Below are positions 1 through 10,029 of a DNA stretch of 40,000 nucleotides, in pieces. Below the pieces are notes generated by a model. That model worked only from the letters and a program-made list of their open reading frames with translations, was not told the origin of the DNA and did not search any database. Numbering within the stretch: position 1 is the stretch's first letter; each line of letters begins with the position of its first letter. The stretch covers positions 19,240 through 59,239 of the forward strand of contig JAZRWA010000097.1 of NCBI GenBank assembly GCA_045599485.1. The letters are read 5' to 3'. Origin of the DNA: Clostridia bacterium. GTDB lineage: Bacteria > Bacillota > Clostridia > Christensenellales > Aristaeellaceae. The position numbers and the translations under genes were made by a program.

Positions 1-51
1 ACGGCCTCGACGATGCGCATCACGAACAAGAACGTTCATTATGAAGCGTAA
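1..51 (+). CDS. 3' end of an upstream CDS running off the window (possibly the partner ABC permease)
   Basis: Frame-1 reading is open from base 1 to TAA at 49-51, directly abutting the AGGAGG (51-56) and 13 nt upstream of the ATG of the next permease gene. It is too short to identify. Confidence 0.3.
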   Translation, partial: TASTMRITNKNVHYEA

Positions 52-64
52 GGAGGAAGGAAGA

Positions 65-922
65 ATGAAAAATGAGTTTCTTACTCCTGGCGTAAAGAAA
101 AAGATCAATCTGACCATCCGTTATATCTTTGCCCTGCTGGTAACCATCGTCATGGTCTTCCCGCTCTTCTGGATGCTTTCCACGTCCCTCAAGACCGAAG
201 AAGAGGTCATGAGCGCAAAGCTTGTTTTCTGGCCCGCTGTGCCGCAGTTTGGCAACTACCAATATCCCTTCCAACGTGCACCGTTTATGCGTTATGTGCT
301 CAATACAGCGGTGGTAACGGCAATGCAGATGGGCAGTGAGCTGCTGCTGGGCATTCTGGCGGCCTATGCTTTCTCCAAGGGCCGTTTCCATGGCAAGCAT
401 TTCTTCTTCCTGGTGGTGCTGGGCGCCATGATGATCCCCATTCAGGTGACCTTCATTCCGCTGTACATCATGATTTCCCGTGCAGGCTGGATGAATACCT
501 ATTGGGGTGTTTGGATCGCCGGATGCGTATCCTCCTACACCATCTTCCTGCTGCGTCAATCCTTTATGACGGTGGATGACAGTTACATTGAAGCCGCTCG
601 CGTGGACGGCATGGGCAAGCTGGGGGCTATCTTCCGCATCATGGTGCCGATGTGCAAACCCACAGTCATCACGGTGGGCCTGACCGCTTTTATGGGCGGC
701 TGGAACAACTACTTCTGGCCCAAGGTCATTATCAAGGCCCAGAATATGTATGTTCTGACGGTTGGTGTGCAGAGACTGAAGCAGTCTTACAGCAATGAGG
801 CCACCAGTAACTACCATCAGATCATGGCCGGCGTACTGTTGAGCATCATCCCTGTGTTCATCGTCTTCGCCATTTTCCAGAAGCACATGCTGAGCGGTTT
901 TACCAAGGCTGCAATGAAATAA
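65..922 (+). CDS. Carbohydrate ABC transporter permease (MalG/BPD_transp_1 type)
   Basis: ORF 41..922. AGGAGG at 51-56 favours the ATG at 65. Multi-TM protein with the EAA loop (IEAARVDGMGKLGAIFRIMVPMCKP). TAA stop. Confidence 0.85.
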   Translation: MKNEFLTPGVKKKINLTIRYIFALLVTIVMVFPLFWMLSTSLKTEEEVMSAKLVFWPAVPQFGNYQYPFQRAPFMRYVLNTAVVTAMQMGSELLLGILAAYAFSKGRFHGKHFFFLVVLGAMMIPIQVTFIPLYIMISRAGWMNTYWGVWIAGCVSSYTIFLLRQSFMTVDDSYIEAARVDGMGKLGAIFRIMVPMCKPTVITVGLTAFMGGWNNYFWPKVIIKAQNMYVLTVGVQRLKQSYSNEATSNYHQIMAGVLLSIIPVFIVFAIFQKHMLSGFTKAAMK

Positions 923-933
923 TTCAACACGAA

Positions 934-963
934 AGCGCCCGGTATGCTATGCACGCCGGGCGC
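934..963 (+). terminator. GC-rich hairpin after the permease gene (weak intrinsic terminator or attenuator)
   Basis: AGCGCCCGG (934-942) pairs with CCGGGCGCT (955-963). Only a short T tract follows. Confidence 0.35.
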
Positions 964-976
964 TTCAAGGTGAAAT

Positions 977-1807
977 ATGAAGAAGTACGAAATATTCTTT
1001 ATTGATCTGGACAATACTCTTGTGCCGCATGGCCGCCATGAAACAAGCGAGAGGAACATACGTGCTCTGAAGGCTGCCCGGGAAAAGGGAATACGCCTGT
1101 GTGTGGCAACAGGAAGATGCCTGGGACTGATGCCGCCGGCGGTTAGAGAAGTTGGCTTTGACTACGCTCTGACGGCGAACGGCTGCGCCATGTATGAACT
1201 GAAAACCGGCAAATGCGTGCTCCGGCAGAATTTCGGCAGAGAGATCGCAATAAAGGCTTATGAGATCGTAAGGCCGTAGCTTGAATTTTTTGAGCTGTTT
1301 GCGAACGGCGAAATCATGGTGGACCGCATGGAGGTTGAAAAGATCAGCCGCATGCCGCTGCCGCAAACGCATGTGGACTACTTCAGCCGTGGGAAAGGCG
1401 TGTTCAATCTTTCCTTTGAAGAATATATCCATTCCGGCGCTCCGGGGTTGGAAAAGTTCAACTGCATTGTAACACCCGAGAAAGCCATGAAAAAGCTGAT
1501 GCCTGCCCTGAAAGAAACAGGATTGTATGAGATCACGGCAATTGAGAAAAAAGGTGTACTGGAAGTGTTACCGGCCGGCTGTACAAAGGGCCAGATGATC
1601 CGTGATTTTTGCAGCTTGATGGGCGTCCGTACCGAAGATTGTGCCGCTTTCGGCGATGGTGATAACGATATCGACATGCTGCAGACGGTTGGCATGGGCG
1701 TTGCGATGGGCGGCGCGGGAGAGAATGTGAAAGCCATTGCCGACAGGGTGACCGATGGTGTTGAAAACGACGGACTGGCGGCATTTATTGAGAAAGAGAT
1801 ATTATGA
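977..1807 (+). CDS. Cof-type HAD-IIB phosphatase with one in-frame TAG at 1277-1279
   Basis: ORFs 977..1279 and 1316..1807 share a frame and are separated only by the TAG. N-terminal DxD motif (FFIDLDNTL) and C-terminal GDGDNDIDML motif. The joined length of 276 aa is normal for Cof proteins. TGA stop. Confidence 0.8.
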
Positions 1808-1814
1808 GGGAAGT

Positions 1815-2717
1815 ATGATACCTGAAGCTTTGAAACAGATGCTTGCGCGTCAATATGGCGAAGAGCAAGCCGGGCGAATCCTGGAAGGGATGAAGGGACC
1901 GAGGTGTGTGACGCTTCGTGCCAATACACTCAAGAGCACAGCGGAAGAAGTTGCCGCGGTGCTGACGGAAGCGGGGATTGCCTTTGAGAAGGCAACTTTC
2001 AGTGAAGAAGCCTTCATCCTGCCGGAAGCGTCCGAAAAAGATATTTGGCTGCTTGACATGTACAAGGAAGGCAAGGTTTATCTGCAAAGCCTTTCTTCCA
2101 TGCTGCCGGTGATGGCACTGAATCCCAAAGAAAACACGGATATTTTGGACATGGCGGCTGCGCCCGGCGGAAAGACCGCACAGATTGCCGCCATGACGCA
2201 CAATCAGGCCGGGATCATGGCTTGCGAGATCAATAAGATCCGGGCGGAAAAACTGAAGTATAACGTGGAAAAACAAGGCGCGACACGCGTGAATGTGATG
2301 GTACGGGATGCCCGACAGCTGGAGGATTTTTTCCGCTTTGATCAGATTCTGCTGGATGCTCCCTGCAGCGGCAGCGGTACGGTATTGGAGAGCGATCCCG
2401 GCAGCTGCAAAGCTTTTTCGGAAAAATTGGTCAAAAACAGCGCGCGTACCCAGCTTGAAATGCTGAAAAAAGCCATCAAAATTTTGAAAACAGGTCAGAC
2501 GATGGTCTATTCAACCTGTTCCATTCTGGCGGAAGAAAATGAGCGGAATGTAAAAAGCATTCTGTCAGAGAAGCAATGCATCGTCGACCCGATCACGCTT
2601 CCCGGCATGGAGCATTTGCCTCTTCTGCCGTGCGGAATTGAAGGAGCGCTGTGTATTGCACCAAACGCTCTGTATGAAGGATTCTTTATGTGCAGGCTGA
2701 AAAAGACAGGACGTTGA
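1815..2717 (+). CDS. RsmB/RsmF (NOL1/NOP2/Sun) family RNA m5C methyltransferase
   Basis: GAGGGAAG RBS precedes the ATG at 1815. Motifs AAAPGGKT, LLDAPCSGSGT and YSTCS. TGA stop. Confidence 0.8.
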   Translation: MIPEALKQMLARQYGEEQAGRILEGMKGPRCVTLRANTLKSTAEEVAAVLTEAGIAFEKATFSEEAFILPEASEKDIWLLDMYKEGKVYLQSLSSMLPVMALNPKENTDILDMAAAPGGKTAQIAAMTHNQAGIMACEINKIRAEKLKYNVEKQGATRVNVMVRDARQLEDFFRFDQILLDAPCSGSGTVLESDPGSCKAFSEKLVKNSARTQLEMLKKAIKILKTGQTMVYSTCSILAEENERNVKSILSEKQCIVDPITLPGMEHLPLLPCGIEGALCIAPNALYEGFFMCRLKKTGR

Positions 2718-2746
2718 ATTTCTCCTGTATTTTTGAGTAAAAGTGC

Positions 2747-2774
2747 TTGTCTGCAAAAATAGATACGGTATAAT
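2747..2774 (+). promoter_or_regulatory. Sigma-A type promoter for the decarboxylase gene
   Basis: TTGTCT (2747-2752), 16-nt spacer, TATAAT (2769-2774), about 30 nt upstream of the ATG at 2807. Confidence 0.4.
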
Positions 2775-2806
2775 ATACTGGATTATGAGCAAAGGAATGC
2801 GCTTAC

Positions 2807-4042
2807 ATGCCGAATTTTACTTTGAACGACGCTGTGTTTGAAAACGCCGCCAAACAGTATCCGACACCGTTTTATCTTTATGATGAAAAAGGAATATTGG
2901 ACAACATTGCCCGGGTGAAGCAGGCGTTTGCCTGGGCACCGGGGTATATGGAGTATTTTGCGGTCAAAGCGTTGCCCAACCCGCAGATTTTGAAGCTGTT
3001 TGTGGAAAACGGCTATGGGCTGGATTGTGCCTCTGAATGCGAGCTGATGCTTGCGGAAAAAGCTGGCGCGCAGGGAAAGATCATGTTTAGCGCCAATGAT
3101 GTGCCGAACGGCGAGTTCGCCATGGCACAAAAGATGGGAGCGATCCTTAATCTGGATGATATCACCGATATTGAACAGATGGCGGAAGAATGCGGCATAC
3201 CCGAGATGATCAGCATCCGCTTTAACCCGGGCGGCGATTTTTCCGGTCAGAATGCCATCATCGGACAGCCAGCGGAAAGTAAATATGGCTGGACAAAGGC
3301 ACAGATGATGGAAGGTCTGAAGAAACTGAAGCAGATGGGCTTGAAGCGCTTTGGCATCCATGCGCTGCTTTCCAGCAATTCTTTGGAACAGGGGTACTAT
3401 CCCGCATTGGCGGAGCTGTTGATGCGTACGGCTGCGGACTGCAGTGCCGAGTCGGGTGTGGAACTGGCCTTTGTCAATCTGTCGGGCGGCGTGGGTATTC
3501 CGTATCGTCCGGAGCAGAAGAAGCTGGATATCATGGAGATCGGCGCGCAGGTACGGAAGGCATATGAAGCTGTCTTTGGCGATCCGTCCGTGGCAAAAGT
3601 GCGCATCTGCAGCGAAATGGGGCGTTTTATGACGGGCCCCTACGGCTGGCTGGTGACCAAAGCCATTCATGAAAAGCAGATCTATCGTCATTATATCGGC
3701 GTGGATGCCTGCTCTGCCAATTTGCCTCGTCCGGCGATTTACGGTGCCTATCATCATGTTTCTGTGGTGGGCAAGAGGGAAATGCCCGAAACAGAGATCT
3801 ATGACGTTGTGGGCTCTCTTTGCGAGAACAGCGATAAATTTGCCGTGCAGCGTTCCATGCCAAAGGTGGAGATGGGCGATCTGCTGCTCATTCATGACGC
3901 CGGGGCGCATTGCTGGGCCATGGGACACAACTACAACGGACGGCTCTCCTGCGCTGAGATCCTGTATGAAAGGGATGGCGGATATCGCATGATTCGCCGA
4001 GCGCAAAAACCGGAAGATTACTTTGCAACGCTGGTCGATTGA
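2807..4042 (+). CDS. PLP-dependent Orn/DAP/Arg decarboxylase family protein (LysA-like)
   Basis: 411 aa. N-terminal YPTPFYLYDE, a PLP-lysine context (FAVKALPNP), and C-terminal CENSD and HDAGAH motifs typical of the fold-III decarboxylase family. TGA stop. Confidence 0.75.
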   Translation: MPNFTLNDAVFENAAKQYPTPFYLYDEKGILDNIARVKQAFAWAPGYMEYFAVKALPNPQILKLFVENGYGLDCASECELMLAEKAGAQGKIMFSANDVPNGEFAMAQKMGAILNLDDITDIEQMAEECGIPEMISIRFNPGGDFSGQNAIIGQPAESKYGWTKAQMMEGLKKLKQMGLKRFGIHALLSSNSLEQGYYPALAELLMRTAADCSAESGVELAFVNLSGGVGIPYRPEQKKLDIMEIGAQVRKAYEAVFGDPSVAKVRICSEMGRFMTGPYGWLVTKAIHEKQIYRHYIGVDACSANLPRPAIYGAYHHVSVVGKREMPETEIYDVVGSLCENSDKFAVQRSMPKVEMGDLLLIHDAGAHCWAMGHNYNGRLSCAEILYERDGGYRMIRRAQKPEDYFATLVD

Positions 4043-4046
4043 TCAT

Positions 4047-4079
4047 CAAAAAAGCAGGCCCGAAACGGCCTGCTTTTCA
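4047..4079. terminator. Bidirectional rho-independent terminator between convergent genes
   Basis: GCAGGCC (4054-4060) pairs with GGCCTGC (4067-4073). An A-run lies upstream and TTTTC downstream. Confidence 0.6.
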
Positions 4080-4101
4080 ATTGGCGAATTACAATGGAGG
4101 T

Positions 4102-4977
4102 TTACACTTGGAACTGGCCGGACCATGCACTCATGCCATGATCATCAATGATCTGCACGCGAATGAATTGATCGGAGGGATGGATGGGATATACCGCTTC
4201 GGTCAGACCGTTTCCGTGAACGATACGCTGACCGGACCAGGGACGGGCAGAATAGAACACGACAGCAGAGGCGGGCGAACAGTTGATCCGCACCTCCTGC
4301 TTTGTGACTTCGATCTGATGAATCAGCGGTCCGCGGGAGGCATAGAAACGGCCTGCACGCAGTGATTGCAGAACGGCGGGAACGGTCTTTTCCGCAGCCT
4401 GCACCATGGTCCAACCCGCGGCAAAATCTTCCCGGTAGAAATGAGCGTCATCATTGCCCATCACGGCCAGTAAACGACCTTGGGAGGCAGCTGTCACATC
4501 GATGAGTGAGGAAGAATCAGCGCGGTCGCCGTTAAACGGCAGGGTTGAGACGGAGTTCCAGATCTCCGTTGCCGCGATTCCATCGAGGGAGGCAATGAAT
4601 TCGGGCGTGTTCAGCGACCATGCCGGATGCGCCAGTACCGCTACGCCGCCGCAATCGTGGATGGCCTGAACAGCCTGCTGAGGCGTATGCTGTTCGCTCC
4701 AGACAGAGCAAATGGATTTGGATATACCCAAACCCAGAATATGTGCGGTTTGTCCGTGATTCACATGGTCAAATTCGATGCCGGGAAGGAGCAGTAAGCC
4801 TTCCGGAATATTGTACGGGAGCGTTACTTTGCGATGATCTGTGATGGAAAGAATGTCATAACCCGCATCACGATACATTGCCATGACTTCCTCGGGCGTC
4901 TTTTTCCCGTCGCTGGCAGTGGTATGCGCGTGAAAATTGCTCCTGAAAAATGGTTCGTTATCAGAAAATAGCTTCAT
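4102..4977 (-). CDS. PHP-domain metal-dependent phosphoesterase
   Basis: 291 aa. N-terminal FHAHTTASDG and ITDH motifs of the PHP family. TAA stop. Confidence 0.75.
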   Translation of the reverse strand: MKLFSDNEPFFRSNFHAHTTASDGKKTPEEVMAMYRDAGYDILSITDHRKVTLPYNIPEGLLLLPGIEFDHVNHGQTAHILGLGISKSICSVWSEQHTPQQAVQAIHDCGGVAVLAHPAWSLNTPEFIASLDGIAATEIWNSVSTLPFNGDRADSSSLIDVTAASQGRLLAVMGNDDAHFYREDFAAGWTMVQAAEKTVPAVLQSLRAGRFYASRGPLIHQIEVTKQEVRINCSPASAVVFYSARPWSGQRIVHGNGLTEAVYPIHPSDQFIRVQIIDDHGMSAWSGQFQV

Positions 4978-5039
4978 AAGTGTCTCGCACTCCTTGTTGG
5001 AAGAATGTACGCTTTCAGAAAGGCGCGGCGTGCTTTTTT

Positions 5040-5756
5040 TTACTTCGAGAACTCGTACATGCCAATGGCTGCGGCGACCGAAAGATTCAGAGAGTCGATC
5101 TGGTCGTTGTGGATGATACGAACCGGTTGGCCGACTGCAGCCATCTCGGAGGGCAAGCCGCTGCCCTCGTTGCCCATGATAAGGGAAAAAGGCGTATGCT
5201 TCGCTGCGGCGGCCTGTTGAATGGGGACAGAGGCGTCCAGCATGAAGGGATAGCAGGCATGCTCCGGGTATTGCGCGGCGTATTGCTCGAAGGTATCATA
5301 CAGACACACACGAAGTCCGAAAACAGCACCCATGCTGGCGCGGATGACATGCGGATCGAACAAGTCTGCGGCGGGGCGGATAATGGCAATATCGGTATAG
5401 CCAAAGCCAAGTGCTGTGCGGAGCATGGTTCCCATGTTGCCTTTATCGCTGGGATGGTGCAGCACAAGGTGATTGCCGTTTGAAAGAACGGAACTGAACT
5501 TGTCAAAGACAACGGCTGCAAAGCAATTCTCTTTTCCTGAAATGCGGCTGAGCGCTTTGTCTGCAGCTTCTTCCCGAACGTGATATTCTTCGCATAAACG
5601 TCTCAAAGCTGCAAGACCTTCACTGTTTTCCGCTTTGGAGGAGACGAGCAGGCGGCGTGCCAGCTCGGGACGCTTGAGCATCAGCTGGGAGGCGGGGAAA
5701 AGTCCGAGGGCATAGCTGTAGGAAAGGCGGGCGGAATAAGGTTCAAGGGATGGCAT
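5040..5756 (-). CDS. TrmH/SpoU family RNA 2'-O-methyltransferase
   Basis: SpoU motifs (LHHPSDKGNMGTMLRTA, IMGNEGSGL, SLNLSVAAAIGMYE). The ATG at 5756 overlaps the helicase TGA (TGATG). TAA stop. Confidence 0.8.
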   Translation of the reverse strand: MPSLEPYSARLSYSYALGLFPASQLMLKRPELARRLLVSSKAENSEGLAALRRLCEEYHVREEAADKALSRISGKENCFAAVVFDKFSSVLSNGNHLVLHHPSDKGNMGTMLRTALGFGYTDIAIIRPAADLFDPHVIRASMGAVFGLRVCLYDTFEQYAAQYPEHACYPFMLDASVPIQQAAAAKHTPFSLIMGNEGSGLPSEMAAVGQPVRIIHNDQIDSLNLSVAAAIGMYEFSK

Positions 5757-8026
5757 CAGCACACCTCCGATGTGGTAAGCATATGTTCAAGTAGCTGGAG
5801 AGCGATCTTTTTTCCTGCAGGACCGATTTCGGCCACCGGACCGGTACAGCCCGGGCAGCCATCTTCACAATCGCATCCCAGCACGACAGTTTTGCAATGT
5901 GCCAATAAAACTTCGCGCATTTTGTAGGCTTTTTCCGCCAGACCAATGCCGCCGGGGCAGGTATCGTACAAAATGATGGTGGACTTTTCCGTAAACGGAC
6001 ACTTGACCTGATAGCTGACCGAAATATCGCGCGGGGAGCACATCAGATACAGCGGAGACACGATTCGAAGCAGATTGGCAATGCCCAACATACCGCCCTG
6101 AAGTGAATCCTTGTCGTAGCGCGCAGCAACGGCAGGATCGAGCGTCCACCAGACGGCATTGGTGTGCATTTCGCTCTCGGGAAGCCGTACAGGACCGTAA
6201 CCAAGGTTTTCGCCTGTATCCAGCTTCATTTTTTTGAAAAGCTTGGTGATGGCGGTAACGCTGATATCACCCCAGGCGGCGCTTCCGCACTGCTCGGTGA
6301 TATCGAGCAGAGAAAGGCTCACATTGAGGTCTGCATCGGTATAATAATCCACCTCAATACGGCGTACAAAGGCTTTGCAGGCGTTGAAATCCAGCTTTTC
6401 CACTTGGTATTGCAGACCTTCGTGCATGTAAATGGCATTTTCGTGAAGCAGCATGGGCACGGTGAAACGATCCATTTCGCCAATGACGCGCACATGTGTG
6501 GGATCGGTAATGTCATTGATCAGGAAGTTTTCCGCCATGGCGGTACGAAGGGAGATCTCGCTGGCGGGGAATTCTTCGGCCTGCCAGAACCATGTATCGT
6601 CCACACGACGAAGGATATCCGATTCTTCCAAAAAGCCCAGCATTTCGTCATATCCCGGAGCGGAGCCAAAGGTTTCGTTCTGCTTGAAGGGCAGCTCATA
6701 AGCGGAGCATTTGAAATGATTGAGCAGAACATAAAGGTTATCGGGGTTGAGAAGGGCATTTTCCGGACTTTGTGAGAAGAAATACTGCGGATGAGCGACG
6801 ATGTATTGATCCAGGGAGGCGGAGGAGGCGACCAGTACGGTAAGACTCGTATCCTTGCGGCGACCGGCTCGTCCGGCTTCCTGCCAGGTGGCGGCGATGG
6901 TTCCCGGATAGCCGCACAGAACACAAGCCTGAAGGCTTCCGATATCCACACCAAGCTACAACGCGTTGGTGGAGATGACGGTACGAATCTCGCCCTTTCG
7001 CAGACCTGCCTCGATCTGATGGCGTTCACTGGGCAGATATCCGCCACGATAACCGCGAACGGTATCGGCAACGCCGAGGCTGTTGCGTGCACCGTCCTTG
7101 AGCCGACGGGTGAGCACCTCAACCTGTACGCGTGATTTGGCAAACACGATCGTAGAAATGCCGTTTTTCTGCAGGATACCGGCAATGCGGCAGGTTTCGT
7201 TCAAAACACTTTTTCGGATGCCCAGCTGACGATTGACGACGGGCGGATTGTAGAAAACAAAGTGTTTTTCGCCGCTTGGCGCGCCATTATTGTTGATGAC
7301 GGTGACGGGACGCCCAATCAGCATTTCCGCCAGTTCCTGCGGGTTGGCAATGGTGGCGGAGCAAAGGATGAAGCGCGGATGACTTCCGTAAAACTCACAA
7401 AGACGCAGCAAACGACGCAGAACGTTGGCCAGATTGCTGCCGAATACACCGCGATAGGAATGAATTTCATCAATGACGATGTAACGAAGGTTTTCAAATA
7501 GCTTGACCCAGCGGGTGTGATGCGGCAAAATGCCGGAATGAAGCATATCGGGATTGGTGACGACTACGTGCCCGGCTTGGCGGATCGCCCTGCGGGCGGT
7601 ATCGGGCGTATCACCGTCGTAGGTATAGGCTTTGATATCCGCCCCGAGAAGCTGGATCAGATCGTAAAGCTCACTGACCTGGTCCGCAGACAGGGCCTTG
7701 GTGGGGAAAAGATACAGGGCACGGGCATCGGGGTCGCGCATGATCTCGGACAAGATCGGCAGATTATAACAAAGTGTCTTGCCGGAGGCGGTGGGGGTGA
7801 CAACGACGAAGTCTTTTCCCTGCGCGGCGGCGGTTACGGCCTCGGCCTGATGGGTGTAAAGCTTGTGAACGCCTCTTTGGTTCAGCGCAACGGGAATGCG
7901 CTCATTGAGACAAGCAGGCCATTCGGCATAGCGGGCAGGAGAGGCCGGGTCGGTATGCCAATGGGTGACGCAGCTCATGAAGGATTCATCCTGCCTGAGT
8001 ACGTCCAGAAGCTGATCGATATTCAT
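5756..8026 (-). CDS. DEAD/DEAH-box helicase with C-terminal DUF1998 (YprA/MrfA-like), one in-frame TAG at 6956-6958
   Basis: ORFs 6956..8026 and 5756..6949 share a frame. Walker A (TPTASGKT), DEIH box and QEAGRAGRR are present. The C-terminal Cys cluster (CDCEDGCPGC) is typical of DUF1998. The junction reads TNAL-TAG-LGVDIGSL. The joined length of 756 aa is family-typical. Confidence 0.85.
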
Positions 8027-10014
8027 GCTTGTTCCTTTCCAATCAGTTTGAAAAACTCTGTTTCGTCTATTACGGGAATGCCGAGAGAAAGGGCTTTCTC
8101 CAGCTTGCTTCCGGCCTTTTCTCCGGCCAATACATAGGCGGTTTTTTTGCTTACGGCGCTGCCTGCTGTGCCGCCGTGCGCACGGATGAGGTCTTCCGCT
8201 TCGTTGCGGGAGAGGGACGGAAGGGTGCCGGTGACGACCACGGTTTTGCCGCTCAGGGGCAGTTGTACTTCGGATTGAACAACAGCGGTTTCAGAGGGAC
8301 GTACATCGGCTTGAAGCAGACGGCGAACCATGTCACGGTCTTCCGGGAAAGAAAAGAAATCCACAATACATTGCGCGACCACATCGCCGATATCGGGAAC
8401 CTGAAGCAGGTCATCGACCGTTGCGGTCATGACTTTTTCAAGTGTGCCGAAATGTGAGGCGATGTCTCTTGCGGTGCCGCGCCCGACATTGGGGATACCA
8501 ATGGCAAACAGGAAGGCATCCAAAGAGCAGTTGCGGCTGCTTTCGATGGCGGAAAGCAGATTGGCAATGCGCTTCTCCTTAAAACCGTCCAGCAATGCAA
8601 GCTTTTCGGTCGTCAGAAGATAAAGATCGGCGGGGTCACGGACACCGCATGTATCGTACAACAGGTCGGCAGTCTTTTCGGAAAAGCCAGCGATGTTCAT
8701 GGCGTTGCGGGAAGCAAAATGCGCAAGACGATCTACCGCCTGCGGACGGCAGTTTTCGCGGTTGACACAGTACAGATTGGCTCCGCGTTCGACCAGCGGC
8801 TGACCGCAGGAGGGGCATACGGTGGGCTGTAAAATAGTGCGGCCCTCAACACCGTTTTCCACACGGCCTGTGATTTCGGGGATGACATCGTTGGAACGGC
8901 GTATCCATACCGTACAGCCGATACGCAGATCCTTGCGCTGGATATCACCCATGTTGTTGAGGGTGGCACGCTGTACGGTGACACCGGAGAAATCGACCGG
9001 GGAAAGGTGTGCCAAGGGCGTCAGCTTGCCGGTACGGCCCAACTCCCAGGTGACATCTTCCAGGACGGTGGTGTTTTCTTCCGCGGCAAATTTGAGCGCC
9101 ACGGCCCAGCGGGGAAATTTATCGGTATAGCCGTAACGCTCTCGCGTTGCGGTATCCTGAATTTTGATGACGGCACCGTCGATAAGAAAATCAAGCGAAT
9201 CCCGAGCGGCCTCAATACTGCGAACGGCCTCAATGACTTCCGAAGAAGTGGCTGCTTCACGGAAAAAGGGACTGACGGGAAAGCCCTGTTCCTTGAGAAA
9301 ACAAATCATTTCACTCTGATTGCTGTAGGGAGGATTGTCGATGGTGCCGATTTCGTAAAAGAAGGTGCTCAGATGCCGCTCTGCAGTGACCCTGGGATCA
9401 AGGTTACGAAGCGCTCCGGCGGCGCCATTGCGAGCGTTTTTGAGGGGCATTGCGGCGGTTTTATTGTATTGTTCCAGTGCGGACAGGCGCATGATGCATT
9501 CGCCGTGAACTTCGATCAATCCTTTGTAGGGGATGGAAAGCGGGATGTCACGGATGGTGCGGGCCTGCGCCAGAATGGCTTCACCGACCGTTCCGTCTCC
9601 GCGGGTAGCAGCCTGCACCAGAAGACCATCCCGATAGGTCAGATTGATGGTCAGGCCGTCCAGCTTGTATTCAATGCCAAAACGAAGCGGAGGCAGCCCG
9701 GAAAACTGCTGCCACTGCTTTTGCGCGCGGTTCAGCCAGTCCAGAAGCTCCGGTTCGCTCTGCGTTTTATCCATGCTCCAAAGCGGATGCAGATGGCGAT
9801 GCTTGGCGAACTCTTCCAGCACTTCGCCGCCGACACGGTGTGTAGGCGAATCGGGCAATACCTGACCAAGCTCTTTCTCCAGTGCCAGCAGTTCATCGTA
9901 CAGGCGATCGTACTGCACATCAGCCATGATAGGGGCATCAAGGGTATAATAGGCCCGGGCAGCTTCGTTCAGCTGATCGGTCAGCGCCCGAAGGCGGGCT
10001 TCTTTCTCGTTCAT
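8023..10014 (-). CDS. ligA: NAD-dependent DNA ligase
   Basis: 663 aa. Adenylation region (EYKLDG), zinc-finger cysteines (CPSCG...C..C), HhH and C-terminal BRCT region. Its stop overlaps the helicase start (ATGA). Confidence 0.95.
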   Translation of the reverse strand: MNEKEARLRALTDQLNEAARAYYTLDAPIMADVQYDRLYDELLALEKELGQVLPDSPTHRVGGEVLEEFAKHRHLHPLWSMDKTQSEPELLDWLNRAQKQWQQFSGLPPLRFGIEYKLDGLTINLTYRDGLLVQAATRGDGTVGEAILAQARTIRDIPLSIPYKGLIEVHGECIMRLSALEQYNKTAAMPLKNARNGAAGALRNLDPRVTAERHLSTFFYEIGTIDNPPYSNQSEMICFLKEQGFPVSPFFREAATSSEVIEAVRSIEAARDSLDFLIDGAVIKIQDTATRERYGYTDKFPRWAVALKFAAEENTTVLEDVTWELGRTGKLTPLAHLSPVDFSGVTVQRATLNNMGDIQRKDLRIGCTVWIRRSNDVIPEITGRVENGVEGRTILQPTVCPSCGQPLVERGANLYCVNRENCRPQAVDRLAHFASRNAMNIAGFSEKTADLLYDTCGVRDPADLYLLTTEKLALLDGFKEKRIANLLSAIESSRNCSLDAFLFAIGIPNVGRGTARDIASHFGTLEKVMTATVDDLLQVPDIGDVVAQCIVDFFSFPEDRDMVRRLLQADVRPSETAVVQSEVQLPLSGKTVVVTGTLPSLSRNEAEDLIRAHGGTAGSAVSKKTAYVLAGEKAGSKLEKALSLGIPVIDETEFFKLIGKEQA

Positions 10015-10029
10015 TTGAAACCTCTCGTG

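Noticed and set aside
2783-4006. Long antisense ORFs overlapping well-supported genes: 2783..4006(-), 6164..6775(+), 9007..10311(+), 11473..12081(+), 17242..18312(+), 19816..20910(+), 21374..22426(+), 23237..24181(+), 24701..25789(+), 32782..34050(+), 35125..35982(+), 37365..38087(-), 39057..39767(-)
   Set aside because: They are mirror-strand shadows typical of GC-rich coding DNA. They have low-complexity, Arg/Gly/His-rich composition, no RBS and no recognisable family. Each is fully covered by an opposite-strand gene with clear homology.
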